Below, piece after piece: positions 30,615 to 40,168 of a stretch of DNA of 64,000 nt. How positions within the stretch are numbered: the stretch's first letter is position 1; each line of letters begins with the position of its first letter. The notes under the pieces are model-generated. The model was given only the letters and a program-made list of their open reading frames with translations, made no database searches and was not told where the DNA came from. Position numbers and translations under genes: made by a program. Source of the DNA: Thermoanaerobaculia bacterium (GTDB lineage Bacteria; Acidobacteriota; Thermoanaerobaculia; UBA5066); the NCBI GenBank assembly GCA_963816185.1, contig CAWFJJ010000005.1, positions 251,787-315,786 of the forward strand, in the 5' to 3' direction.

Positions 30615-32611
30615 AGCGCACCGCCGTCCTTTTCGCCCCCCTGATGTTCTTCGCCGCCCTGGCCTCGACGGCATCGGCGGCAGGACCGCCGACCGCGAAG
30701 GGCGGCGGGAAGCCGGCCCGCCCGGCTCCGCTTTTCGTCGTCGGCTGGGACGGGGCCGACTGGAAGCTCCTCGATCCGCTCATGAAGCGCGGCCTCCTGC
30801 CGAACCTCTCGGCGCTCGTCGCGCGCGGGCGAACCTGGAACCTCGAAACTTTCAACCCGATGATCTCGCCGCTCATCTGGACGACGCTGGCGACGGGACG
30901 GTCGCCCGTCGACCACGGCGTCGCCGACTTCCAGGAGCTCGATCCGAAGACCCGTGCGCGTCTCCCGATCTCGGGCTGGTCGCGAAAGGTGCCCGCCATC
31001 TGGAACGTCGCGAGCGCGAAAGGGCTGAAGGTCGGCGTCGTGGGCTGGTGGGCGACGTGGCCCGCCGAGAAGGTCAACGGCTTCTTCGTCTCGGATCGCG
31101 CCTCGCCCGTCCTCTTTCCGGCCGAGGTCCTGAGCGGCTCTCCTGCGCTGACGTGGCCCGAGGGCCTCGCCGAGGGGGTCCGCCTCGTCGGGCGGCGCGA
31201 CGGGACGCCCGGCTTCGACGAAGTCTCGAAGGTGCTCCACGTGACGAAAGCGGAGTTCGACGCGGCGGTCGCGGCGAAGAGGGATCTCGGCAACCCGATC
31301 ACCGGCTACCAGAAGATCCTGGGCTCGACGCGGGTCTACGCGCGGACGGCGCTCGAGCTGTACGACCGCGAGAAGCCCGATCTCCTGATGGTCTATTTCG
31401 AGGGGACCGACGAGATCGGGCACCTCCTCGCTCGCTACTACCCGCCGAAGCTCCCGGCCATCTCCGAGGAAGATTTCCGGAAGTACCAGGACGGGGTCGC
31501 CGCTTACTTCCAGGAGGCCGACCGGATCCTGGGCGAGTTCCTGAAGCGGGCCGACAAGGCGGGAGCGAACCTCGTTCTCCTTTCGGATCACGGCTTCAAG
31601 TGGGCCGACCGGCCTGCTTTCTACTCGTCCATCCAGTTCGACACGGCGTACCTGTGGCACGAGTCGCCGGGGATCCTCGCTGCGGTCGGGCCGGGCTTCC
31701 CGGCGGCGGCGGCGCGCGGGAAGGCGGGAATCTTCGACGTGACGCCGACGCTCTGCCGACTCCTGGGTCTCCCGGGCGACCCCGCCTTCGAGGGCCGGCC
31801 CGTATCGGGGAGCCGGCTTCCCGCCGCGCCGGCGGCCGTTTCGTGGACGAAGACCTTCAAGGTCGAGCGGCTCGCGGCTCGCGCCTCGAGCGAGGCCGAC
31901 AGGAAGGCGAGCGAGGAGTTCACGAAGAAGCTGATCTCTCTCGGGTACCTCACGGGGGCCGAGGCGGCCGCCGTGGACGCGCGCCCGCCCGAGCGCGCCG
32001 GCGCGGAGACGGCGGGCACTTTCCAGAACATCGCGACGTTCCTCCGGTCCCGCGGCAAGGCCAAGGAAGCCCTTCCCTGGTACCGCAAGGCTCTCGAGGT
32101 CAACCCGAAGGCGCCGACGGCGCTTTACAACTACTCCGTCGACCTCCAGATCCTCAACCGGTGGGACGAGTCGGACGACGCCCTCATCAGCGCGGCTAAG
32201 AACGGCTATCACGATCCCGAGGCCGCGGTCTACCGTCGCGTGGCGTCCTATTCGCAGCGCGGCGAGAAGGACCCGAAATTGCGCCCGCAGCTCCGGAAGT
32301 TCCTGCGCAAGGTGGTGGACGCCTTTCCGGAGAACGTCAAGTATCGCGCCTCGCTGGGCAAGGCCCTCTTCGAGGCGAAGGACTGCGCCGGTTCGCAGAC
32401 GATCTTCCGGGACCTGGCGGCGCGGAACCCCCGCGACACGGATGCGTTGAACCTGATGGCGCTCTCTTCCTGGTGTCTCGGCGACCTTGCGGGAGCCCGC
32501 GATTACTTCACTCGCTCGCTCGCCGTGGACCCGAACCAGCCGGCGGTCCGCGGCGGGCTCGGCCAGCTCGCGCACGGGGACGGAGGCCGGTCGCCCGGTT
32601 CCCCCCGCTAG
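30611..32611 (+). CDS. alkaline phosphatase/nucleotide pyrophosphatase superfamily protein with TPRs
   Basis: 'VVGWDGADW', 'SPLIWTTLATG', 'SDHGF', 'LISLGYL'; C-terminal TPRs; signal peptide. Confidence 0.85.
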   Translation: MKRTAVLFAPLMFFAALASTASAAGPPTAKGGGKPARPAPLFVVGWDGADWKLLDPLMKRGLLPNLSALVARGRTWNLETFNPMISPLIWTTLATGRSPVDHGVADFQELDPKTRARLPISGWSRKVPAIWNVASAKGLKVGVVGWWATWPAEKVNGFFVSDRASPVLFPAEVLSGSPALTWPEGLAEGVRLVGRRDGTPGFDEVSKVLHVTKAEFDAAVAAKRDLGNPITGYQKILGSTRVYARTALELYDREKPDLLMVYFEGTDEIGHLLARYYPPKLPAISEEDFRKYQDGVAAYFQEADRILGEFLKRADKAGANLVLLSDHGFKWADRPAFYSSIQFDTAYLWHESPGILAAVGPGFPAAAARGKAGIFDVTPTLCRLLGLPGDPAFEGRPVSGSRLPAAPAAVSWTKTFKVERLAARASSEADRKASEEFTKKLISLGYLTGAEAAAVDARPPERAGAETAGTFQNIATFLRSRGKAKEALPWYRKALEVNPKAPTALYNYSVDLQILNRWDESDDALISAAKNGYHDPEAAVYRRVASYSQRGEKDPKLRPQLRKFLRKVVDAFPENVKYRASLGKALFEAKDCAGSQTIFRDLAARNPRDTDALNLMALSSWCLGDLAGARDYFTRSLAVDPNQPAVRGGLGQLAHGDGGRSPGSPR

Positions 32612-32621
32612 AATCGCGCCA

Positions 32622-33578
32622 GTGAACCGGAGCGATGAGCGGGCCGTGGTGCCGCGGAAGGTGTCCGTGGTGGTCCCCGTCTTCAACGAGGAGGCGAACC
32701 TGCCGCTCCTTCTGCCGCGCCTCCTTCCGGTGCTCGCTGGCCTCGGCCGCCCGTACGAGGTCGTCTTCGCGGACGACGGCTCGCGCGACCGTTCGCTCGA
32801 GATCCTCAAGAAGGCCACCGCGGAGAATCCCGGCGTCGTGAAGGTGGTCGAGCTCGTACGGAACGCGGGGCAGCACATGGCCATCCTCGCCGGCTTCACG
32901 GCGACAGACGGGGAATACGTCCTCACGCTCGACGCCGATCTCCAGAACCCGCCCGAGGAGATCCCCAAGCTCGTCCTCGCGATGGACGAAGGGCACGACG
33001 TCGTCGGGACGATCCGGCAGGGCCGGCGGGACTCGTTCTTCCGGCGTACCGCGTCGCGCCTCGTGAACCGCACGACGGCCCTGATCACCGGCATGCGCCT
33101 GAACGACTACGGATGCATGCTGCGGGGCTACCACCGCGACGTCGTGGACGTGATGGCGGCCTCGGACGAGGCCTCGACGTTCATTCCGGCGCTCGCCCAG
33201 CAATACGCCCGGCGGCCGATCGAAATTCCCGTGGCCCACGCGGAGCGCACGGCGGGCGAGTCGAAGTATTCTCTGTACAAGCTCGTGCGCCTCAACTTCG
33301 ACCTCATGACCGGCTTCTCCGTCGTGCCGCTGCAGCTCTTCACGCTCTTCGGGTTCGTCACCGCACTCTCGGGCTTCGGGTTCGGCGTCTTCCTGCTCGT
33401 GCGCCGGCTCGTCGGAGGCGCCGAGGCGGAGGGCGTCTTCACGCTCTTCGCGCTCGCCTTCGTCGTCATGGGGATCCTCATGGCCGGGATCGGGATCGTG
33501 GGCGAATACGTGGGCCGCATCTACCAGCAGGTGCGCGGGCGCCCGCGCTTTTTGATCCGGAAAGTTTGGGGGGCCTGA
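32622..33578 (+). CDS. arnC: ArnC-like undecaprenyl-phosphate glycosyltransferase (GT2)
   Basis: 'VVPVFNEE', DDGS, 'NAGQHMAILAGF', 'DADLQNPPEEI', 'DYGCMLR'; two C-terminal TM helices. Confidence 0.88.
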   Translation: MNRSDERAVVPRKVSVVVPVFNEEANLPLLLPRLLPVLAGLGRPYEVVFADDGSRDRSLEILKKATAENPGVVKVVELVRNAGQHMAILAGFTATDGEYVLTLDADLQNPPEEIPKLVLAMDEGHDVVGTIRQGRRDSFFRRTASRLVNRTTALITGMRLNDYGCMLRGYHRDVVDVMAASDEASTFIPALAQQYARRPIEIPVAHAERTAGESKYSLYKLVRLNFDLMTGFSVVPLQLFTLFGFVTALSGFGFGVFLLVRRLVGGAEAEGVFTLFALAFVVMGILMAGIGIVGEYVGRIYQQVRGRPRFLIRKVWGA

Positions 33579-33606
33579 TGGGTGGAATCGTTCGAGGGGA
33601 AGGTTG

Positions 33607-34521
33607 ATGGGCGGAATCATCGTCTGTGCGTATAGCGACGTCGGGTACAAATGTTTGAAGACGCTTTTCGACGCCGGCGAGAGCGTGCGCGTCGTCTACA
33701 CGCACGACGACGTGCCGGGTGAAGAGCGCTGGTTCGACTCCGTGGCCGAGCTGGCGCGTACGAATGGCATCGAGCCGCGGCGCGTGGCCAACCTGGACGA
33801 CCCTCTCGACGAAAAGAGCATCCGCGGCGTATCGCCCGATTTTCTCTTCTCCTTCTACTTCCGGGCGATGATCCCGGGACGCATCCTGGCGCTCGCGCGG
33901 CGCGGAGCGCTCAACATGCACGGGTCGCTCCTGCCCGCGTTCCGGGGCCGCTCGCCGGTGAACTGGGCCATTCTCAAGGGGGCTACGGAGACGGGCGCCT
34001 CGCTTCATTACATGACCGAGAAGCCGGACGCCGGCGACCTCGTGGACCAGGAGCGCGTCCCGATCGGACCCGAGGACGACGCGCTGACGGTTTCGCGCCG
34101 GGTGGCGGACGCGGCCGCGCTGGTTCTCGCGAGGTCACTCCCTCATCTCAAGGTGGGCGATGCCCCGCGCATCCCGCTCGACCTCTCGAAGGGATCCTAT
34201 TTCGGCGGCCGCAAGCCCGAGGACGGCCTCATCGACTGGACGCATTCCGCGAAGGAGGTCCACGACCTCGTGCGCGCCGTTACGAAGCCGTGGCCCGGCG
34301 CCTTCACGGACGTCTTCGGGAAGAAGGTCACGATCTGGAAAACGCGCTTGTCGCCGCACGGCGGACACGACGTCTTCCCGGGAAAGGTCGAGCTGACGGA
34401 GCGCTCCGTAATCGTCTTCGCGGGAGACGACCACACGGTCGAGATTGTGGCGGCCCGGCCCGAGGGCGGACCGGATCTCGACGCCGCTGGATTCCACTCC
34501 TGGCTCTTGAGCAGCGTCTGA
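33607..34521 (+). CDS. UDP-L-Ara4N formyltransferase (stand-alone ArnA N-terminal domain)
   Basis: 'FSFYFR', 'NMHGSLLP.FRGRSPVNWA', 'DAGD', 'RAVT.PWPGAF'. Confidence 0.9.
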   Translation: MGGIIVCAYSDVGYKCLKTLFDAGESVRVVYTHDDVPGEERWFDSVAELARTNGIEPRRVANLDDPLDEKSIRGVSPDFLFSFYFRAMIPGRILALARRGALNMHGSLLPAFRGRSPVNWAILKGATETGASLHYMTEKPDAGDLVDQERVPIGPEDDALTVSRRVADAAALVLARSLPHLKVGDAPRIPLDLSKGSYFGGRKPEDGLIDWTHSAKEVHDLVRAVTKPWPGAFTDVFGKKVTIWKTRLSPHGGHDVFPGKVELTERSVIVFAGDDHTVEIVAARPEGGPDLDAAGFHSWLLSSV

Positions 34522-34575
34522 CTCGCGAAGCCTCGCGTAGACTGCTTTGAGACGAAGATCTCGAAAGGGAGGCGC

Positions 34576-35607
34576 ATGCGAGTCCTGATCCTCGGGGTCA
34601 ACGGGTTCATCGGGAACGCCCTCACGCGCCGCATCCTCACGACGACGGACTGGGAGGTGTTCGGCCTCGACGTCGGGAGCGAGCGCATCGAGGAGTTCCT
34701 GCCCGACAAGCGCTTCCGCTTCCTCGAGGGCGACATCGCGATCAACCGCGAGTGGATCGAATATCACGTCAAGAAGGCCGACGTCGTGCTGCCGCTCGTC
34801 GCGATCGCGACTCCCGCGGCCTACGTGAAAAACCCGCTCGCCGTCTTCGAGCTGGACTTCGAGGAGAACCTCCGGATCATCAAGATGGCGGGCAAGTACG
34901 AAAAGCGCGTCGTCTTCCCGTCCACGTCCGAGGTCTACGGGATGTGCCCGGATAAGGAGTTCGACGAGGACCGCTCGCCGCTCGTCTACGGCCCGATCGC
35001 GAAGCCCCGCTGGATCTACTCGGCTTCCAAGCAGCTTCTCGACCGCGTCATCGCGGCGATGGGCACCGCGCAGGGGCTGAAGTACACGCTCTTCCGGCCG
35101 TTCAACTGGTACGGACCGCACCTCGACAACGTGGACGCGCCGAAGGAAGGCTCGAGCCGCGTCCTCACGCAGTTCCTGCACAACATCCTGTACGGCGTGC
35201 CGATCAAGCTCGTGGACGGGGGCGCGCAGCGCCGGTGCTTCACGTACATCGAGGACGGCATCGACGGCCTCATGACGATCCTCGAGAACCCCAGGGGAAA
35301 GGCCGACAGCCAGATCTTCAATCTCGGCAACCCCCAGGCCGACCTCTCGATCATCGAGCTCGCGCACGCCCTGATCGAGGCCGTCGCGGCGTACCCGAAG
35401 TTCGCGGTGGCCGCGAAGAGGACGAAGATCGTGAAGGTCTCGTCCAGGCAGTATTACGGCGAGGGCTATCAGGACATCACGACGCGCGTACCGTCGGTCG
35501 CAAAAGCGAAGAAGCTCCTCGGGTGGACGCCGAAGACGGACTTTCCGACGGGCCTCAAGAAGACGCTCGACTTCTATCTCAAAGGCCGCAAGCCTCCCGT
35601 CGTTTGA
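34576..35607 (+). CDS. UDP-glucuronic acid oxidase/decarboxylase (stand-alone ArnA C-terminal domain)
   Basis: 'LILGVNGFIG', 'PLVAIATP', 'FPSTSEVYG', 'RWIYSASKQLLDR', 'RPFNW'. Confidence 0.93.
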   Translation: MRVLILGVNGFIGNALTRRILTTTDWEVFGLDVGSERIEEFLPDKRFRFLEGDIAINREWIEYHVKKADVVLPLVAIATPAAYVKNPLAVFELDFEENLRIIKMAGKYEKRVVFPSTSEVYGMCPDKEFDEDRSPLVYGPIAKPRWIYSASKQLLDRVIAAMGTAQGLKYTLFRPFNWYGPHLDNVDAPKEGSSRVLTQFLHNILYGVPIKLVDGGAQRRCFTYIEDGIDGLMTILENPRGKADSQIFNLGNPQADLSIIELAHALIEAVAAYPKFAVAAKRTKIVKVSSRQYYGEGYQDITTRVPSVAKAKKLLGWTPKTDFPTGLKKTLDFYLKGRKPPVV

Positions 35608-36650
35608 AGAAGCTCGCCCTCAAGGTCGATGTCGACACGTACCGCGGAACGCTCGAGGGCGTGCCGAGGCTCGTCGACCTCTTCCAAAGGCACGGCGTCA
35701 AGGCGACGTTCTTCTTCTCGCTCGGTCCCGACACGAGCGGCAAGGCGATCAAGAGGGTCTTCCGGAAGGGGTTCATCCGGAAGGTCCTCTCGGCGAACCC
35801 GGCGGCGTCCTACGGCTTTCGCACGATGCTCTACGGGACGCTCCTCCCTTCGCCCGACATCGGCCGGCGGAGGGAGACCGTCGCGCGAATGCGCGAAGCC
35901 GCGGCGGCCGGGCACGCCGTCGGCATCCACGCGTGGGACCACGTCGACTGGCACGATCGCCTGCCGAAGATGACGAGGGACGTGATCGAGGAGATCGTCG
36001 CGAACGAGCACGGGCGCTTCGCCGAGATCTTCGGAGAGAGGGCGCGGTTTCAGGCGGCCCCGGGCTGGACCGCGACACCCCTTTCCGTCGAGGTGCAGGA
36101 GGCGCACGGCCTCGTCGCGACATCGGACACGCGCGGGGGCGGGCCGTTCTTTCCGATTCGGGCGGACGGAACGGTCTCGAAAGTCCTGGAGATTCCCTCG
36201 ACGCTGCCCACGCTGGATGAGCTGCTGGCGGTGCCTTTACCCGGGGCCGGGACGCAGATCGAAAGGGCCTGTGAATTTCTTAGAAGGGGAATGAGGGAAG
36301 GAGCGGCGGGCGGAGGCGGAGCGGAGGCTGCGGCGGCGGAGCACGGGCCGGCCGCGCGTCGAGCCGCCATCGAAGTGCATTCGATCCACACGGAAATCGA
36401 GGGCGGGGCCGCTTTTTTCGCGCCGTTCGCCGACTTGCTCGCGGCGTGGGAAAGCGACGGCGTTTCCTTTCTTACCTTCGAAGAAGTTTGCAGAACGTTG
36501 CTTCCTGCTTCTGCGCCTGCACGAAGCGAGAGGGAAAGCGCATCGCCACCCGCACGAAGCGCTCGGGAGCAAATCTCGATTCCCGTCAAACGTCTCGGCT
36601 GGACGAGGCTCCCTGGGCGCGCGACGCCGGTCGCGACCGGAGTGGGATGA
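35604..36650 (+). CDS. arnD: 4-deoxy-4-formamido-L-arabinose-phosphoundecaprenol deformylase
   Basis: 'LKVDVDT.RGT.EGVP.L', 'FFFSLGPD', 'HAWDH', 'APGW', 'SDTRG', 'TLPTLDE', 'IHTEIEG'; contains short in-frame insertions. Confidence 0.88.
   Translation: MKKLALKVDVDTYRGTLEGVPRLVDLFQRHGVKATFFFSLGPDTSGKAIKRVFRKGFIRKVLSANPAASYGFRTMLYGTLLPSPDIGRRRETVARMREAAAAGHAVGIHAWDHVDWHDRLPKMTRDVIEEIVANEHGRFAEIFGERARFQAAPGWTATPLSVEVQEAHGLVATSDTRGGGPFFPIRADGTVSKVLEIPSTLPTLDELLAVPLPGAGTQIERACEFLRRGMREGAAGGGGAEAAAAEHGPAARRAAIEVHSIHTEIEGGAAFFAPFADLLAAWESDGVSFLTFEEVCRTLLPASAPARSERESASPPARSAREQISIPVKRLGWTRLPGRATPVATGVG
36275..36487. repeat. motif cluster C (TTC-N3-GAA family sites)
   Basis: ATTTCTTAGAAGGGG (+, 36275) and ACTTCTTCGAAGGTAAG (-, core 36477-36485). 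Confidence 0.65.
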
Positions 36651-36657
36651 TCGGCGC

Positions 36658-37116
36658 ATGAAGAGCCTGCAGGAGACTTACGCGCCCGAAAACCGCTGCT
36701 TCGGGTGCGGCCCCGCGAACGAGAAGGGGCTGCGCATCCGGAGCTTCCTCGAGGGAGACGAGTTTGTCGCGACCTGGAAGGCGGAGCCTCATCACCTCGC
36801 TTTCGAAGGCATCGTGAATGGGGGCATCATCGGGGCCCTTCTCGATTGCCACAGCAACTGGGCCGCGACGTATCACCTCATGAAGGAAGCCGGCGCTGCC
36901 TCGCCGCCGTTCACGGTCACGGCGGACTTCCACGTGCGCTTGAAGAGGCCCACGCCCATCGAGGAGCCCCTCCATCTGAAGGCGCGCGTCGTGGAATCCT
37001 CCGGCGACCGTGCGGTCGTGGACGCCGAGCTCGAGGCGGGCGGGAAAGTGACGGCGACGTGCCGCGGCACGTTCGTGGCCGTGCGCGAGGGTCATCCGGC
37101 GTTCAAGCGCTGGTAG
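36658..37116 (+). CDS. PaaI family thioesterase
   Basis: 'CFGCG..N..GL', 'GIVNGGIIGALLDCH'; hotdog fold. Confidence 0.88.
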   Translation: MKSLQETYAPENRCFGCGPANEKGLRIRSFLEGDEFVATWKAEPHHLAFEGIVNGGIIGALLDCHSNWAATYHLMKEAGAASPPFTVTADFHVRLKRPTPIEEPLHLKARVVESSGDRAVVDAELEAGGKVTATCRGTFVAVREGHPAFKRW

Positions 37117-37130
37117 AGGGTCTCCGCCCG

Positions 37131-39416
37131 TCAGGGTGCGAGGTTCACGACGACGCGCGCGGAGCCCGCCGGAACGGGCATGCCGATGAGATTGAGGTCG
37201 GCGACGAGGAGCGTTACGGGGCGCCCGTTCACGGAGGCTGCGGCGCGCGGCGTGAAGCTGCGGTCCACGTGGAGGACCGCGGCGCGCGTCCCGGAGGTCT
37301 CGATCACGAGGCGGTCGGGCCCGTTCTCGAGGACACGGGCCGCAGCCGAGGGATCACGCTCTCGGGAGGCGAGCGCCACAGCCTCCTTCCCGTAGACGAC
37401 GACGTCTGTTCTCGGATCGAAGTCCTCGCGTTCGAAAACCGCGACGGTTTCGCTGATCGAGCCCGCCGGCACGACCCGACTCAAGCGCCTCACGCCCGGC
37501 AGGGGCGCGGTGATCTTCCAGAGCGTCACGGGCACGCCCACGGACGCCTCGACGAGGACGGGCGCGAGGCCGGGAGTGTCCGATGGCACGTCCGACGCGA
37601 TCACGGACGTCACGGCCGCCGCGCGAAGCCACTTCACGCGTCCCCCCCAGCTTCTCTGGCGAAGGACGTCGGAGGCGTACCGCGTGAGGATCGTGTAGCT
37701 GCCGTCGGGATCGGGGTCCCATGCGTACGCGAGGCCGTGGGGCGCGCCGGAAAGCGCCCATCCCTGCCGTACCTGCGCCGAGGCGAGATCGAGAAGGCTG
37801 TCGCTCTCGATGCGCCCTGAGGCTCCGCGGCGCACGGCGTCGAGATCCTTCGATGCACGCTCGAAGACGCGCCCCCCGAGGGCGGCGGCACGTTCGACGA
37901 GAGGCGAAGGCTTCTCGTAAAGGGAGGAGGGAGCGCGCGGAATCGTGAGCGGTGCGCCCGCGAGGAGCGAAAGCGCGGTCGCGCCGAGCAGGATGAGGCC
38001 GCCGCGCGCATCGGCCGCCCCGCGCAGGAGGAGGAGCGCGACGAGGATGAGTCCCGCGCCGGCGAGCGCCGCCTGACCCGGCAGCCGGTGCACGATCGGG
38101 GCGAGAACGACGTGCGGGTCCGATTTCCACGCCGGGTCCCAGCCCGAAAGAAGCAGCCGCTCGACCCGGGCGGGCGCGAGACGCCCCGCGATCGCGAGAA
38201 GCGCCATGAGACCGCCGAGCGCGAGGAGAACGCCCGCCGCGCGCCGCCGGAAGCGCGGCAAGACTCCTTCGATGAGGAGCCGGTCCGCGCCGCGCGCGGC
38301 AAGCACGGCGACCGCGAGCGTGCAGGGAAGGAGCGCCTTGACGGGATACCGCAGCACGTGGGCGGCGGGGACGGCTTCGTACAGGGCGCGCATGCCCGGA
38401 AGCCACGGCGCGACGGATGCCGCGAGCGCGAGGGCGGCGACGCCGATCCAGAAGCGTCCTTCGCTCCGACGCGCGGAGACGACGAAGGCGGCGGCGAGCG
38501 CGAGCGGAACGACTCCGAAGGAGAGGGAGGCGTGGTAGGGCGGGTTTCCCTGCGTCACGGCGAATCCCCAGAACGCTCCCGAGACGATGCGCGTGGGATC
38601 GCCGAAGAGGAGCGGAAAGGGCGTCTCGAGAAGACGCAGCGGGTGAAAGCCGACCGCCGCGAACTCGTTCCACGAGAACCCTCGAGAGCGGCGCGCCGCG
38701 AAGGTCGACACGCGCACGACCTCGAAGAGCCACGGCGAGACGAGGAGGGCCGCGCCGAGTCCTCCGCCGAAAAGCGCGAGAAGGCCGCGCCGGCGTTCCT
38801 CGGCCGGCCCGCGGAGCGCCAGGGCGAAAGCGAGGAGGAGCGCGAGGGCCCCGAGCGCCGGCTCCCCTCCGAGGACGAGAAGCGCCGAGGAGACGAGCGC
38901 GAGTCCGGCCGCGCGGAGGAGGCCCGGACGTCCCGCCGCCTTCCGTGCCCTCGCGACGGCGAAAAGAAGCCACGGCATCCACGCGATCGTCGTCGTCGCG
39001 TTCAGGAATGCCGCCGACGACAGGACGTAACCCGAGAGACCGAACGCGAACGCACCGGTCAGGGCTGCCTCTGGCGAACGGACCTCCGTGCGCACGAAGA
39101 GGAACGCTCCGAGCAAAGAGAGCCCGAGGTGGAGAAGGAGTTGGAGGCCCAGAAAGCGCGGGCTTGTCGGAAAGGGATACGCGAGGAGGAGATTCGGATT
39201 GCCCCGGAACGCCTGCCCGAAGGACGCGTAGGGATCGAGGCGCGCCCCGTCGAGGCGGGCGGCGAGCGCGCGGGCGGGCCGCTGCGTCGTCCCGATGTCG
39301 CGGTAGGCGGGCGTCGTCCGGCCCGAGAGAAGATCCGCGTGCGAAAAGACCGCGCCGGCGACGAGGAGCGCCGCGGCGAGGGCGGCCGGACCGAAAAGCG
39401 CGCGCCCGCCGCTCAC
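37131..39416 (-). CDS. YfhO-like GT-C membrane protein
   Basis: 'YRD', 'DPYASFGQAF.GNPN', 'LGGEP', 'RYPVK'; many TM segments; C-terminal 'VPAG..RVV' domain. Confidence 0.75.
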   Translation of the reverse strand: MSGGRALFGPAALAAALLVAGAVFSHADLLSGRTTPAYRDIGTTQRPARALAARLDGARLDPYASFGQAFRGNPNLLLAYPFPTSPRFLGLQLLLHLGLSLLGAFLFVRTEVRSPEAALTGAFAFGLSGYVLSSAAFLNATTTIAWMPWLLFAVARARKAAGRPGLLRAAGLALVSSALLVLGGEPALGALALLLAFALALRGPAEERRRGLLALFGGGLGAALLVSPWLFEVVRVSTFAARRSRGFSWNEFAAVGFHPLRLLETPFPLLFGDPTRIVSGAFWGFAVTQGNPPYHASLSFGVVPLALAAAFVVSARRSEGRFWIGVAALALAASVAPWLPGMRALYEAVPAAHVLRYPVKALLPCTLAVAVLAARGADRLLIEGVLPRFRRRAAGVLLALGGLMALLAIAGRLAPARVERLLLSGWDPAWKSDPHVVLAPIVHRLPGQAALAGAGLILVALLLLRGAADARGGLILLGATALSLLAGAPLTIPRAPSSLYEKPSPLVERAAALGGRVFERASKDLDAVRRGASGRIESDSLLDLASAQVRQGWALSGAPHGLAYAWDPDPDGSYTILTRYASDVLRQRSWGGRVKWLRAAAVTSVIASDVPSDTPGLAPVLVEASVGVPVTLWKITAPLPGVRRLSRVVPAGSISETVAVFEREDFDPRTDVVVYGKEAVALASRERDPSAAARVLENGPDRLVIETSGTRAAVLHVDRSFTPRAAASVNGRPVTLLVADLNLIGMPVPAGSARVVVNLAP

Positions 39417-40156
39417 CGGAAGATCGGGTCGCTCCGCCATCCCCACTTGACGGCCTTGAACCGGGCCATGACGCCGAGGATCGAGAGGCCGTAGATGCAC
39501 GAGCTCCAGAAGTCGATCTGCGAGGCCTCGTCGAAGTAGCGCGTCACGATCGGGACCTCGCGGATGCGCATGTTCTTCCAGATGCCCGCCGCGATGATCT
39601 CCGTGTCGAAGACGAAGCCGTCCGAGAAGGCCTCGAGGTTCACGCTCTCGAGGTACCGGCGCGAATAGGCGCGGAGGCCCGAATGGTACTCGGTGAGGTA
39701 GAGGTAGAACGTGGCGTTTTCGACGGCGGTCAGAAAGATGTTCGCGAGGTATTTCCACTTCGGCATCCCGCCTTCCAGCGGGCGCCCCCCGAGCATCCGG
39801 CTGCCGAACATCGCGTCTTCCTCGCCGCGCGCGATCGGGCCGATCAGATCGGGGAGGACGGAGGCGTCGTACTGGTGATCGGGGTGCACCATGATGCAGA
39901 TGTCCGCGCCGCGTTGGAGCGCCGTCGCGTAGCACGTTTTCTGGTTCGCTCCGTAGCCTCGGTTCCGGGCGTGGGTCACGACGTGAAGGCCCGGGATCGC
40001 GCGCGCGGCCTCGACGGTACCGTCCCTCGAGGCGTCGTCCACGAGGATGACGTCGTCGACCCAGTCCTTCGGGATCTCGTTCCACGCAAGATGCAGCGTC
40101 TTCTCGGCGTTGTAGGCGGGCATCACGACGGCCACCCGCTTTCCCTGAATCGGCAT
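39413..40156 (-). CDS. GT2 glycosyltransferase (polyprenol-phosphate sugar synthase-like)
   Basis: 'VVMPAYNAE', 'VDDAS', 'NRGYG', 'HPDHQY', 'GSR'. Confidence 0.92.
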   Translation of the reverse strand: MPIQGKRVAVVMPAYNAEKTLHLAWNEIPKDWVDDVILVDDASRDGTVEAARAIPGLHVVTHARNRGYGANQKTCYATALQRGADICIMVHPDHQYDASVLPDLIGPIARGEEDAMFGSRMLGGRPLEGGMPKWKYLANIFLTAVENATFYLYLTEYHSGLRAYSRRYLESVNLEAFSDGFVFDTEIIAAGIWKNMRIREVPIVTRYFDEASQIDFWSSCIYGLSILGVMARFKAVKWGWRSDPIFR

Positions 40157-40168
40157 CTCCTCGGGATT

